From NCBI GenBank assembly GCA_965662895.1, contig CBFIJH010000001.1, positions 32,001-96,000 of the forward strand: a stretch of 64,000 nucleotides of DNA, read 5' to 3'. Shown here piece by piece: positions 1-9,097 of the stretch. The stretch's first letter is position 1. Each line of letters opens with the position of its first letter. Under the pieces are notes generated by a model. The model saw nothing but the letters and a program-made list of their open reading frames with translations. It was not told the DNA's origin and made no database searches. This stretch comes from Candidatus Poseidoniaceae archaeon (GTDB lineage Archaea; Thermoplasmatota; Poseidoniia; Poseidoniales; Poseidoniaceae). Position numbers and translations under genes: made by a program.

Positions 1-437
1 TTCGATACGTTCGCAAGACATGCTAAACAATGACGCAAAATTGAACGTGATTCAAATCGCTTAATTTGTTCGTCGAGAAACATCGCCATCATCCCATCGA
101 TGACGATAATGGAAGCTCGCGTGAGTGCAACTTCGTGTTCGATTCTCTCGATAAGTGCATGGAGTTGGTGCAATGTGAAACCTCGTCCAATGTACAAGCG
201 ACGTAAACTTTCTTCGATGGAACAATTCAATGCACGCATAGCTGGGAAAAATCCACAGGGGTCAAATCTGTGGCTTCCATCAATCCAGTGTACTGCATGT
301 CCTTGAGAGAGAAGCAATGCAGTCCAATCCTGAACGACAGTACGGACCTCCTTGCCAAAAAACCCGGGTCCTTCAAACAGCGTTATTCCTGACGACGGAA
401 TCTGCAACTCCTCACTGGTCTGGCTGACTGGAAACAT
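1..437 (-). CDS. RecA/RadA-superfamily paralog with degenerate Walker A (partial, runs off left edge; not in ORF track)
   Basis: Manual translation from ATG at 437 (preceded by GGTGA SD): MFPVSQTSEELQIPSSGITLFEGPGFFGKEVRTVVQDWTALLLSQGHAVHWIDGSHRFDPCGFFPAMRALNCSIEESLRRLYIGRGFTLHQLHALIERIEHEVALTRASIIVIDGMMAMFLDEQIKRFESRSILRHCL...; open to position 1; WIDGxxxFDP, RxFTxHQL and IIVID (Walker B) resemble RadA-like folds. Confidence 0.75.
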   Translation of the reverse strand, partial: MFPVSQTSEELQIPSSGITLFEGPGFFGKEVRTVVQDWTALLLSQGHAVHWIDGSHRFDPCGFFPAMRALNCSIEESLRRLYIGRGFTLHQLHALIERIEHEVALTRASIIVIDGMMAMFLDEQIKRFESRSILRHCLACLANVS

Positions 438-546
438 TCACTCACCGAGTATTGTCAATCGTTGGATTCAAACCATAGTGTTTTTCCAGAGGGTAATCAA
501 AAAGTGAAGGATGAATTTCAAACACTGTCGACAATTGTAGTGACTT

Positions 547-1659
547 GTGCGCAATGAACGAATTCTGATCCATTGCGATCTTGATGCGTTTTTCGCATCC
601 GTGGAAATTCTGCATCATGGATTTCCGGAAGACGAACCGCTCATCATTGGTTCCGACCCAATGCAGGGACGTGGACGAGGAATTGTATCAACATGCAATT
701 ATGCGGCGAGAGAATACGGTGTTCGCTCTGCAATGCCGATTTCAGAAGCTTGGCGGAGGTGTCCTGGGCACCCATTTGGACCCGCTCGATACATCCGTGG
801 GACACGTTCATTGTATTCGATGGCATCTCGTAGAGTTATGAAATTGTTACGAAATGCATCGGATAAATTTGAGCAAGCAAGTATTGATGAAGCCTATCTC
901 GATGTGACGGAGAACGTTGGCAGTGACTGGGATGAGGCAATGGCACTTGCACGGCGCCTCCAGCGGAAAATTCAGGAACGGGTTGGGTTAACAGCTTCGT
1001 TTGGAATTGCCTCGACGCGTATTGTGGCCAAAATGTCTTCTGAAATCAACAAGCCAAATGGGATACATCGGGTCCTCCCCGACGAGATATCAGAATTTTT
1101 TGAACAAAGATCGGTTCGTGAGGTACCCGGTATAGGTCCAAAAACGGCCAGTGCTCTCGCAGAGTGGGGCATCACAACAATCGATGAGGCAGCAGAACTA
1201 GGCGAATTAGCACTTGGACGCATGACATCTCCAAGGTTTGCCTCATGGTTGTTGCGGGTCGTTGAGGGTTCAACCTCCAATGAAGTAAGTCCATTGCGAT
1301 CACGTCGCTCGATTGGGAAAGAGCGAACGTTTTCTCACGACCAAAGTGATCACGAACACGTGCTGCAACTGTTGGAACAACTAACGATTGGCGTCATGGA
1401 AAAAGCACGGACAGAGGGGATTGCAGGACGTTTGGCCGAAGTCAAGATTCGCTACACCGGATTTGAAACCCATACGCACGGTCGTTCAATTCCAGTTGCG
1501 ATGGATGATACGGAGGTCTTTTTGCGTCAAATTCGCCGACTTTTTGCTGAAAATGTTCATCAAGACGAGAACATTCGACTTATCGGTTTTCGTTTAGGAC
1601 AACTCGAAGAATTAGATTTCCGACAAACGACATTGGTATTCGATGATGAATCAGAGTAG
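547..1659 (+). CDS. dinB: DNA polymerase IV (Y family)
   Basis: IHCDLDAFFASVE, STCNYAAREYGVRSAMP, SIDEAYLD, AKMSSEINKPNG, PGIGPKTA motifs. Confidence 0.95.
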   Translation: MRNERILIHCDLDAFFASVEILHHGFPEDEPLIIGSDPMQGRGRGIVSTCNYAAREYGVRSAMPISEAWRRCPGHPFGPARYIRGTRSLYSMASRRVMKLLRNASDKFEQASIDEAYLDVTENVGSDWDEAMALARRLQRKIQERVGLTASFGIASTRIVAKMSSEINKPNGIHRVLPDEISEFFEQRSVREVPGIGPKTASALAEWGITTIDEAAELGELALGRMTSPRFASWLLRVVEGSTSNEVSPLRSRRSIGKERTFSHDQSDHEHVLQLLEQLTIGVMEKARTEGIAGRLAEVKIRYTGFETHTHGRSIPVAMDDTEVFLRQIRRLFAENVHQDENIRLIGFRLGQLEELDFRQTTLVFDDESE

Positions 1660-4113
1660 TTTGTGCATGCGTGTGAGCGTTTCTCGGAATGCTTCCAATG
1701 ATTCGGGAATGTCAATGCCAGTAATTTCAGCGTTGAGAGACAACCCGTTTTCCTTTTTGGTTTTCCAAACTTCGCTGTTGAATGCTTCAATGTCTGCAGT
1801 TTTTGCGTTCAGTTCAGATTGGATGCCCGGGACTCCAGGAAATGCATCCACATCCACAGCACTCGTCCCATACAACGTCATGGAGATGTGATGACAAAAG
1901 AATGGACACACTGGGCTAAATGCTGCAAGGAACTTTTGCAAGATCAAATGAATGGTCCACGCTGCATGTTCATCACCATCATAGAGTCTCGACTTCGCCA
2001 TTTCCAGCCAATGTGAGGGTAAAACACCCGTTCCAAAGGACTTGAGTGCTTGGGTTGCCGTGTAAATGTCGAGGTCCTTCCATGCGGATTCAACAGTATG
2101 CATCATTTCCGCAAATTCAGATTGAATCCATACGTCTTCAATCGGATAATCTGTTGATGGTTCGTGTTCAGGACGATCAAATTGGCTTGCAAAGCGAGCA
2201 ACATTGAAGATTTTTGTTAAGACGCCAAAATACTTTGATTCGATTTCTTCGGGGTTAATATGGAAATCATCACCAACTTGTGCTTCACAAGCTTTCCACA
2301 ATCGGAAACATTCACTTCCAATTTTGTTCGCTTTTAGTTGGACAGAACCATCGGGACCACGGACTTTCCATGAACCGGTTCTTCCTCCTGCTCCGCACTC
2401 AAGGACGCTGTCAGCATCGATTCCATTGCCCAATGATTTTGACATTTTGCGACCCCACGGATCCATGCCAAGTCCATCAATCCAAACGTGCTTAAAACCA
2501 GGTTTGTCGAGTAGGAGTGCAGATTTCAGGAGCGTGTAATACAACCATGTTCGAACAATTTCTTTGCCCTGTGGTCGCAATCCAGTGGGAAAGGCATTTT
2601 CAAAAACTTCTGGTTGGTTCAAGTATCCACTCACGAAAAGATTGGAATTTGAAGAATCCATCCATGTGTCAAAGACTTTTTCTTCGCCCCGGATTGCACC
2701 CATTTCGGATACAAGAACCGAATACAAGCCGATATCTTCTCGTGTGTCTCGTCGCAATACTCTGGAGCCTTCTGGAGGTGAATCTTTCCATGGTTGTACA
2801 TAGGTTCCGGCCGGAGGTACAATGATGTGCGTTTCATCTTCTGAATACCAAATTGGAATTTCCGTGTGGTACCAACGCCTGCGAGAAATTGGCCAATCGA
2901 TGCTGATGTTTTCCATCCAGTCCAGCAAAAATTGGCGATTGCGAGGCGGATGGAATTCAATTTCCTGAACCAGTTCTAGAAGACGATCTTGAACGTGGGT
3001 TTGGCGAACGTACCATTCTTTGAGGAGAATAATTTCGACAGGATTTTTTCCCCTTTCGGAAACTGGAATCTCTTGCTGACGTTCTTCGATGGAAACAATG
3101 TGGCCATTTGCTTCAAGCAATTCGATGGCCTTCCCCCTTGCTTCGATAACTTTCAATCCCTCCAATGGGCCTGCAACCGAGGTCATGCAGCCGTTCAAGT
3201 CAATAGCTTGGTAGGGAGACAATGCAAGTTCCCTGAACACAGCCACGTCGTTTTGATCACCAAAGGAACAGACCATGAGAATACCACTACCGAAATCAGA
3301 TTTCACAGACGGATGCGTTTTGATTTCGACGAACGCTTCTCGTCCATGGACAGGCATTGGTAGAAGAACGCGTTTCCCTACGAGGTGCTCATATCGCTCA
3401 TCATCGGGATGGACAACAACCACACCACATGCGCAAATCATCTCAGGTCGGGTTGTTGATATGACCAGTTCCTCGCCATCCTCTGTTTTCCATCGGACGT
3501 CCACAAGTTTTGTTTTCCGTCCAACGCGCTCAACTTCTGCATCCGCGATTGTCGTTCCTTCCACTGGATCGTAGATGTTTGGACGCAAATCTTCAACGAT
3601 ATCTCCTTTCTTGAAGAGTTCAATAAAGATCGATTGCGTGACAGAGCGGTAATCTGGAGCGTCGGTCAGATATTCTGCTGCAAAATCACAGGATAATCCA
3701 ACGCGTGCTGCAGTTTTTCGCATGGCCTGAGTGAAGGTTTCGATGGTTTCCCTGCACAGGTCCAGAAATTCTTCTCTATCGTAGGTTTTCATCTTGCGTT
3801 TGGTATTTTTTTCGACCGTAAATTCGATGTTGATTCCGTTTCGATCGACTCCCCAAGGAAAGTAAACCTCTTTTCCAAGAAGACGTTGTGAGCGTGCGAG
3901 AACATCAATCATCGAGTACTGGGCGACTGCTCCAATGTGCCACGTTCCTGAGGGATATGGAGGAGGCGTATCAATCACAAAAATTGGTTTCCCGCTTTCT
4001 GGTTTGAACCCATATCGCTCTTGATACAGGTTTTCGTTCGCGTAATGCTCCTCTTGGATTTTCTTTTCGAGGTCAATTGACCATCGTTTTTCCGGAAGTC
4101 GTGGTGATCCCAT
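1651..4113 (-). CDS. valS: Valyl-tRNA synthetase, archaeal type
   Basis: IDTPPPYPSG-HIGA (HIGH-like), TTRPE editing motif, DWPISRRR, FDTWMDSS, RPQGKEIVRTW, KMSKS; start set at ATG 4113. Confidence 0.93.
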   Translation of the reverse strand: MGSPRLPEKRWSIDLEKKIQEEHYANENLYQERYGFKPESGKPIFVIDTPPPYPSGTWHIGAVAQYSMIDVLARSQRLLGKEVYFPWGVDRNGINIEFTVEKNTKRKMKTYDREEFLDLCRETIETFTQAMRKTAARVGLSCDFAAEYLTDAPDYRSVTQSIFIELFKKGDIVEDLRPNIYDPVEGTTIADAEVERVGRKTKLVDVRWKTEDGEELVISTTRPEMICACGVVVVHPDDERYEHLVGKRVLLPMPVHGREAFVEIKTHPSVKSDFGSGILMVCSFGDQNDVAVFRELALSPYQAIDLNGCMTSVAGPLEGLKVIEARGKAIELLEANGHIVSIEERQQEIPVSERGKNPVEIILLKEWYVRQTHVQDRLLELVQEIEFHPPRNRQFLLDWMENISIDWPISRRRWYHTEIPIWYSEDETHIIVPPAGTYVQPWKDSPPEGSRVLRRDTREDIGLYSVLVSEMGAIRGEEKVFDTWMDSSNSNLFVSGYLNQPEVFENAFPTGLRPQGKEIVRTWLYYTLLKSALLLDKPGFKHVWIDGLGMDPWGRKMSKSLGNGIDADSVLECGAGGRTGSWKVRGPDGSVQLKANKIGSECFRLWKACEAQVGDDFHINPEEIESKYFGVLTKIFNVARFASQFDRPEHEPSTDYPIEDVWIQSEFAEMMHTVESAWKDLDIYTATQALKSFGTGVLPSHWLEMAKSRLYDGDEHAAWTIHLILQKFLAAFSPVCPFFCHHISMTLYGTSAVDVDAFPGVPGIQSELNAKTADIEAFNSEVWKTKKENGLSLNAEITGIDIPESLEAFRETLTRMHKLL

Positions 4114-4152
4114 GCTAAACACCGGCCCAGGCCCCAGTTACCGGGGGGGTCC
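4114..4152 (-). promoter_or_regulatory. Putative GC-rich hairpin 5' leader of valS
   Basis: Minus strand GGACCCCCCCGGTAACTGGGGCCTGGGCC folds as an extended stem; it begins 29 nt downstream of a TTGAA box (4181-4177). Confidence 0.5.
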
Positions 4153-4246
4153 AATGTGTCCTGTTGGTGTAGGTTTTTCAACGGTTCCCTCACATCTAAA
4201 CGGCAATGCTTTCAATGAAGGACTCGAGGCGATGTTGGGCTGCATC

Positions 4247-7200
4247 ATGTCGGATGACTTCGATGAGGAAACTTCTGCTTCCGATGAGGCAGATGTTGGC
4301 CGTATTCAGGCGATTGCAGAATACAGCAAAAACAGAATGAGAGTTGCGTCGGTTGACATATCTGCTCGTGTTCGGGATTTCAACGCAAAAAAGGCGGTTG
4401 ATGCCGTGCTTGAAGCGCCCAAGAGATTGAAACGCGAATGGCAAAAATCTGGGGCAACTGGCGCTATTACTCGGTTTCCTATTGCCACTGTCGCTCTGTT
4501 TCTTATGATTACGCTGTATTTTGTGACCACCTCTGGTTTTCTTGATGACACTCAATTTGACGATGATCCAAACGAGCCTGCTCTCAATGTTAACGGGGAT
4601 ATGGAAGTGTACCTCCCAGACGGTAGTGAAGTCAAAGAATTGATCGGTATGGTTGAGAGAGATTGGACAACCAACGTCATGGTTGTTTACATTGAATCGG
4701 ATAAAAATAACATTACAGATCAACGAATTCTCCAAGAAATCAGCTACGTTGAGAAGAGCCTGAATCCATACATTTCCGACAATGAAAGCGACGATGTGAT
4801 TTACATTTTGTCAATTTCAACAGTACTCAAAGAAATTAATTCGAGTCTTCCAAGAGTTCGTGATGCATTCATAACAGAACTTGGAAAGCAATGCCCAAGC
4901 GCTCAAGAAGTTTGTGAAAATTTTGCCGATAGCGTCATCACTGCCCTTTCCGCAGGTGATGACCAATTCGCTGGTGGTTACGAAATACCATCTCAAACCA
5001 CAATCGATCTCATCATTGGCGAAATGTACGAAAACGATGGATCACCGACGCCGGGTCTTGACAAATTAGCAAGGAATACCAACCCCTGCAGTGCATCTCC
5101 AGGGGACGAAGGTGCCGATGACAACGGTTGTTTGGGTGGAGAAGACATCAAACTCGATCGTGCGATTATGGCCGTAGCTGTCGTCGATACTATTGAGGCC
5201 AAAGACATCATCAAGGCCACTCAAGAACGTTTGGACAACATATCCGTCGAGGAACGCCCTTGTGAATTTGACCAAAATGGAAACCCTGCGAATGCAGACC
5301 GCTGCACTTGGGAAGACCTTGGTCTCAAAATGACACTGACCGGGCCTGTTCCGATTACAAATTCAGTTACAGAATTCTCATTCCGACTGTTTTGGGAAAT
5401 CTTCCCGATGGCTGTTGTCCTCGTTGCCATTGGATTGTTTGTCTTCCACTCAGACTTACTCCAAGCAGGAATTTCAGGAATTCGTCCAATACAGGGTATC
5501 AAGGTTGTAATTATCGCAGGACTACCTACACTCTGTGCGGTATTTTGGACGTTAGGAATTATTGGGGCATCGAATTATGAGGTCACAATGACGGTCATCA
5601 TTGTCGGTCCTATTCTCCTTGCTCTCGGGGTCTCATACGGCCTTCACATTACCAACCGGTATGCCGAAGAGGAAGGAACACGGACAGAGAAAATGAGAGC
5701 TTCTATGCAATCCACTGGTCGAGCAGTCTTCTTATCTGCTGTGACAACTGTAATCGGTTTCATTTCGCTTATTTTCACTCCAATGGCACCGATTAAAACG
5801 GTTGGAATCGCTCTTTCAGGGGGCATTGTTGTTGTGTACATTCTCACCATGTTCATGGTTCCGAACTTAACGCTCATCTTGGACCTAAGGAAGCCCAAAC
5901 ACCCACCGCTCAAAGTTTTCGATACCGCCGTTGACGTGCCTGTGAAGCGAAATAAGAGCGTCATCGGTTTCTTTCTCATTCTGGTTTTGGTATCGGCAAC
6001 CCTTGGTCAAGCCAATGTCGAGGAAAACATCGACTTGCTTGGAATGGCTCCGGAAGGTGAACAGCCGGTCATTAAGATGAAACAATACAGCGAAGAATTC
6101 AATGCCGGACAAATCGGTATGGTCTTGATTCACGCAAATGTATCGGGAGATGTGACAGATAACGATGTGACAAACGATGATCCCGCGCAGAATCTGAAGA
6201 TTATCGATGGTTTAGAGCGCAACCTCAACACAGTTGAAAATGCCTCTGCAGTATCTGTAGTCTTCTTGATGAAGGCGACTGGTATCGCGCCAACGCTTGA
6301 TGGCCAACCGATCCTTTCCCAACTCCAAGAAACTCCTGGATACGATTTGCTCCCCGAAGATATTCGTGATACCTTTGAGGTATTGCTCGACCGTCAAGTG
6401 ACACAAGGTGCAACATTCTGGGATTTACTGACCACACCAGAAGAATTTGGATTGCCGGGGTCAACGCAAAGCCAAATCTTCCTTTTGGATGTCTTCTATT
6501 CTTCGTTAACAAAAGAAATGCGAGAAATTTTCATCAATTCCGATTACGATCGGACGTTGATTTACATCGATATGCCGTTTATTCCGGTAGCAGACACTGC
6601 CATAGCGGTTGAACAAATTAACGAATATTCTGAGGGATTCCAAGGAACACATCAAGAACGTGCAGAGAAGTTAACAGGTGTTGCTGCCACTGCCATAGAA
6701 GTCAATAAATTGATTGTCGATTCTCAGTGGACCTCACTTGGATTCGCTATCGTTCTTACGCTGATTGTACTTGCTATCGTGTTTCGAGATATACGCTACT
6801 CGCTCTTGACGACTTCCCCTGTTATTGCTACGGTTGCATTGCAATGGTTGGTTATGTGGCAAATGGATGTACCGTTGTCGCTGGTTACAGTGATGATTGG
6901 TTCAATTTTGGTCGGTGTTGGTGTAGACTTTTCAATTCACATTGCGAATCGAATCAGGGAACTTGGTGGCGGTATCAACGCAATTCGCTCAGCTGCAGTT
7001 GGAACTGGTATGTCGCTGTTCGAGGCTGCGGTTGTCACATCCCTCGGTATGTTCACAGCCTACCAAATCCCTATTCCTGAGATCAAACCGTTCGTAACCG
7101 TGATTCTTATTCTCCTTTGGGTAGCTGCAGCGAGTGCCTTGTTCTTGCTGCCTGCGATTTTTGTAACATTGGAAAAGTTCGGAATTGGTGTGGTTGGTGG

Positions 7201-7309
7201 TCCTTCATCCATGTCACGGCGGCTCGGGTTAGGGAAAATAAAGGCCGACGACCCCGATGTGTTGGAAGCGGTTCTCGTTGTTGATTCACGCAACAAGGAA
7301 GCGTGGTGA
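4247..7309 (+). CDS. RND-superfamily / MMPL-type exporter
   Basis: Two repeats of TM + large extracytoplasmic loop + 5 TM; LTGPVP, GVSYGLHI / GVDFSIHI, AVTTVIGF motifs; start likely ATG 4247 rather than 4112. Confidence 0.9.
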   Translation: MSDDFDEETSASDEADVGRIQAIAEYSKNRMRVASVDISARVRDFNAKKAVDAVLEAPKRLKREWQKSGATGAITRFPIATVALFLMITLYFVTTSGFLDDTQFDDDPNEPALNVNGDMEVYLPDGSEVKELIGMVERDWTTNVMVVYIESDKNNITDQRILQEISYVEKSLNPYISDNESDDVIYILSISTVLKEINSSLPRVRDAFITELGKQCPSAQEVCENFADSVITALSAGDDQFAGGYEIPSQTTIDLIIGEMYENDGSPTPGLDKLARNTNPCSASPGDEGADDNGCLGGEDIKLDRAIMAVAVVDTIEAKDIIKATQERLDNISVEERPCEFDQNGNPANADRCTWEDLGLKMTLTGPVPITNSVTEFSFRLFWEIFPMAVVLVAIGLFVFHSDLLQAGISGIRPIQGIKVVIIAGLPTLCAVFWTLGIIGASNYEVTMTVIIVGPILLALGVSYGLHITNRYAEEEGTRTEKMRASMQSTGRAVFLSAVTTVIGFISLIFTPMAPIKTVGIALSGGIVVVYILTMFMVPNLTLILDLRKPKHPPLKVFDTAVDVPVKRNKSVIGFFLILVLVSATLGQANVEENIDLLGMAPEGEQPVIKMKQYSEEFNAGQIGMVLIHANVSGDVTDNDVTNDDPAQNLKIIDGLERNLNTVENASAVSVVFLMKATGIAPTLDGQPILSQLQETPGYDLLPEDIRDTFEVLLDRQVTQGATFWDLLTTPEEFGLPGSTQSQIFLLDVFYSSLTKEMREIFINSDYDRTLIYIDMPFIPVADTAIAVEQINEYSEGFQGTHQERAEKLTGVAATAIEVNKLIVDSQWTSLGFAIVLTLIVLAIVFRDIRYSLLTTSPVIATVALQWLVMWQMDVPLSLVTVMIGSILVGVGVDFSIHIANRIRELGGGINAIRSAAVGTGMSLFEAAVVTSLGMFTAYQIPIPEIKPFVTVILILLWVAAASALFLLPAIFVTLEKFGIGVVGGPSSMSRRLGLGKIKADDPDVLEAVLVVDSRNKEAW

Positions 7310-7350
7310 AGCCAAGCAAAGGGATAAGACCTATGTACCAATCAACAAAC

Positions 7351-7833
7351 ATGGTCAAGTATTGGCTCATGAAGTCTGAACTCGATGTTTACCCATACTC
7401 CCAATTGGTGGAAGATGGAAAGACGCATTGGGATGGTGTTCGTAATTATCAGGCGAGGAACATGATGCGTGATGAGATGGAAATTGGCGACTTCATTCTT
7501 TACTACCATTCGAATTGCAAACCCCCTCATGTTGCAGGGATTGCGAAGGTTTGTCGAGAAGGATACGGGGATTTTACCTCTTGGGATCCGTCATCAAAAT
7601 ATTTTGATGAAAAATCATCACCAGACAATCCACGATGGTTCATGGTTGACATCGAACCAGTCTGCGAGTTTGATACAATGGTTTCATTGAATGCAGTTCG
7701 TGAGGAGGAAGTTCTCGCAGACATGTTGCTCATTCGCAGAGGTCAACGGCTTTCGATTCAACCGGTTCAACAGAACGAATTCGAACATATCTGTCAGATG
7801 GGTGGCGTCGATCTTTCAATCCTTGACCGGTGA
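7351..7833 (+). CDS. EVE domain protein (PUA-like, modified-base reader)
   Basis: YWLMKSE, WDGVRNYQARN, YYHSNC, SKYFDEKS, PRWFMVD, RLSIQPV. Confidence 0.93.
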   Translation: MVKYWLMKSELDVYPYSQLVEDGKTHWDGVRNYQARNMMRDEMEIGDFILYYHSNCKPPHVAGIAKVCREGYGDFTSWDPSSKYFDEKSSPDNPRWFMVDIEPVCEFDTMVSLNAVREEEVLADMLLIRRGQRLSIQPVQQNEFEHICQMGGVDLSILDR

Positions 7834-9053
7834 AATCCATGAATGAGATTCAGGCGACGGATCGTTCACTCAACATCGAGTATGCAATTCGAGATGTTGT
7901 TGTCCCCGCAACAGATCTGGAGGCACAAGGCCATTCAATCATCAAGTTGAACATTGGTGATCCAATTGCCTATCCTGGCCTGCCCACACCTCGGCACATG
8001 GTTCAAGCGTTTGCAGACGCATTGCACGACGGAAAAAACGGTTATTCTCCTTCCTACGGATTACCTCAACTTCGTCAAGCCATCGCCCGGGACGAATCGA
8101 GCAAAGGATGGAATGCGACATCCAACGACGTGTATGTATGTCATGGCGTGACAGAAGCGTTGCAAATCCTTTTTCAAGCCACATTGGAACGTGGAGATCA
8201 AGTTCTTGCTCCAGGGCCACATTATCCTCCCTACATGGCCTATCCGCAAATGTACGGTGCTGAAACAATCGAATATCGCTTAAATCCAATGGACGGCTGG
8301 TCGCTGGATTTTGATGACATTGAATCGAAAATGAACGACCAAGTCCGCCTTTTTGTACTGATTAACCCAAACAATCCAACCGGTGCAGTTGTTGGAAAAG
8401 AAGGAATTCATCGATTGTTGAACATTCTGAAACAATGGCCGAATTGCATACTTGTCGCTGACGAAATATACGATGGTTTGGATTTTTCAAATTCGCAAGT
8501 CAGTGCAGCAAGCTGTTCAAACGATGTTCCTGTAGTAACAATGAACGGCGTATCCAAAGTCTACTACGCTCCTGGATGGAGAATAGGATACATGGCTTTG
8601 CACGATCCAAAATCCGTTATTGCCTCTGTCCGAGATGGGATCGAACGCATTCTTCGGTCACGGCTTTGTGCATCGACACCAGCACAACTCGGATTCCTCG
8701 CAGGCCTAGAACAAGACCGTTCGTGGATGAAATCCTATAGTGAAATTGTGAAAGAGCGGCGAGATGTCTGCTTAGCCCGTATTTCAGAGATTGAAGGATT
8801 AGAAGTTGAAGTGCCCGAGGGTGCGTTTTACATGTTTGTCCGATTAACGGATGAAAAATGGAAAGAGAACGACAAGCAGTTCGTTCTTGACCTTCTTCAC
8901 GAAGAACATGTTCTTCTCGTCCACGGTTCAGGGTTCAGCAAAGAAAAAGGAAAAGGCCATGTTCGTCTTGTGTTTTTACCAGACGTTCCCACGCTCAACA
9001 CGGCATTTGATCGAATTGATTCTTTCCTTCAACGACACAGAGAACACAGCTGA
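7830..9053 (+). CDS. PLP-dependent aminotransferase class I/II (AlaA-like)
   Basis: LNIGDP, INPNNPTGA, DEIYD, SKVYYAPGWRIGY (PLP lysine), GAFY. Confidence 0.9.
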   Translation: MKSMNEIQATDRSLNIEYAIRDVVVPATDLEAQGHSIIKLNIGDPIAYPGLPTPRHMVQAFADALHDGKNGYSPSYGLPQLRQAIARDESSKGWNATSNDVYVCHGVTEALQILFQATLERGDQVLAPGPHYPPYMAYPQMYGAETIEYRLNPMDGWSLDFDDIESKMNDQVRLFVLINPNNPTGAVVGKEGIHRLLNILKQWPNCILVADEIYDGLDFSNSQVSAASCSNDVPVVTMNGVSKVYYAPGWRIGYMALHDPKSVIASVRDGIERILRSRLCASTPAQLGFLAGLEQDRSWMKSYSEIVKERRDVCLARISEIEGLEVEVPEGAFYMFVRLTDEKWKENDKQFVLDLLHEEHVLLVHGSGFSKEKGKGHVRLVFLPDVPTLNTAFDRIDSFLQRHREHS

Positions 9054-9097
9054 CTGGCGGCGAAGTATTGATGATGAAGAATCTCGGCCGTTACACC

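Noticed and set aside
4143-4149. G7 tract as a phase-variation site in the RND ORF
   Set aside because: It lies upstream of the probable RND start (4247) and is better explained as one arm of the valS leader hairpin.
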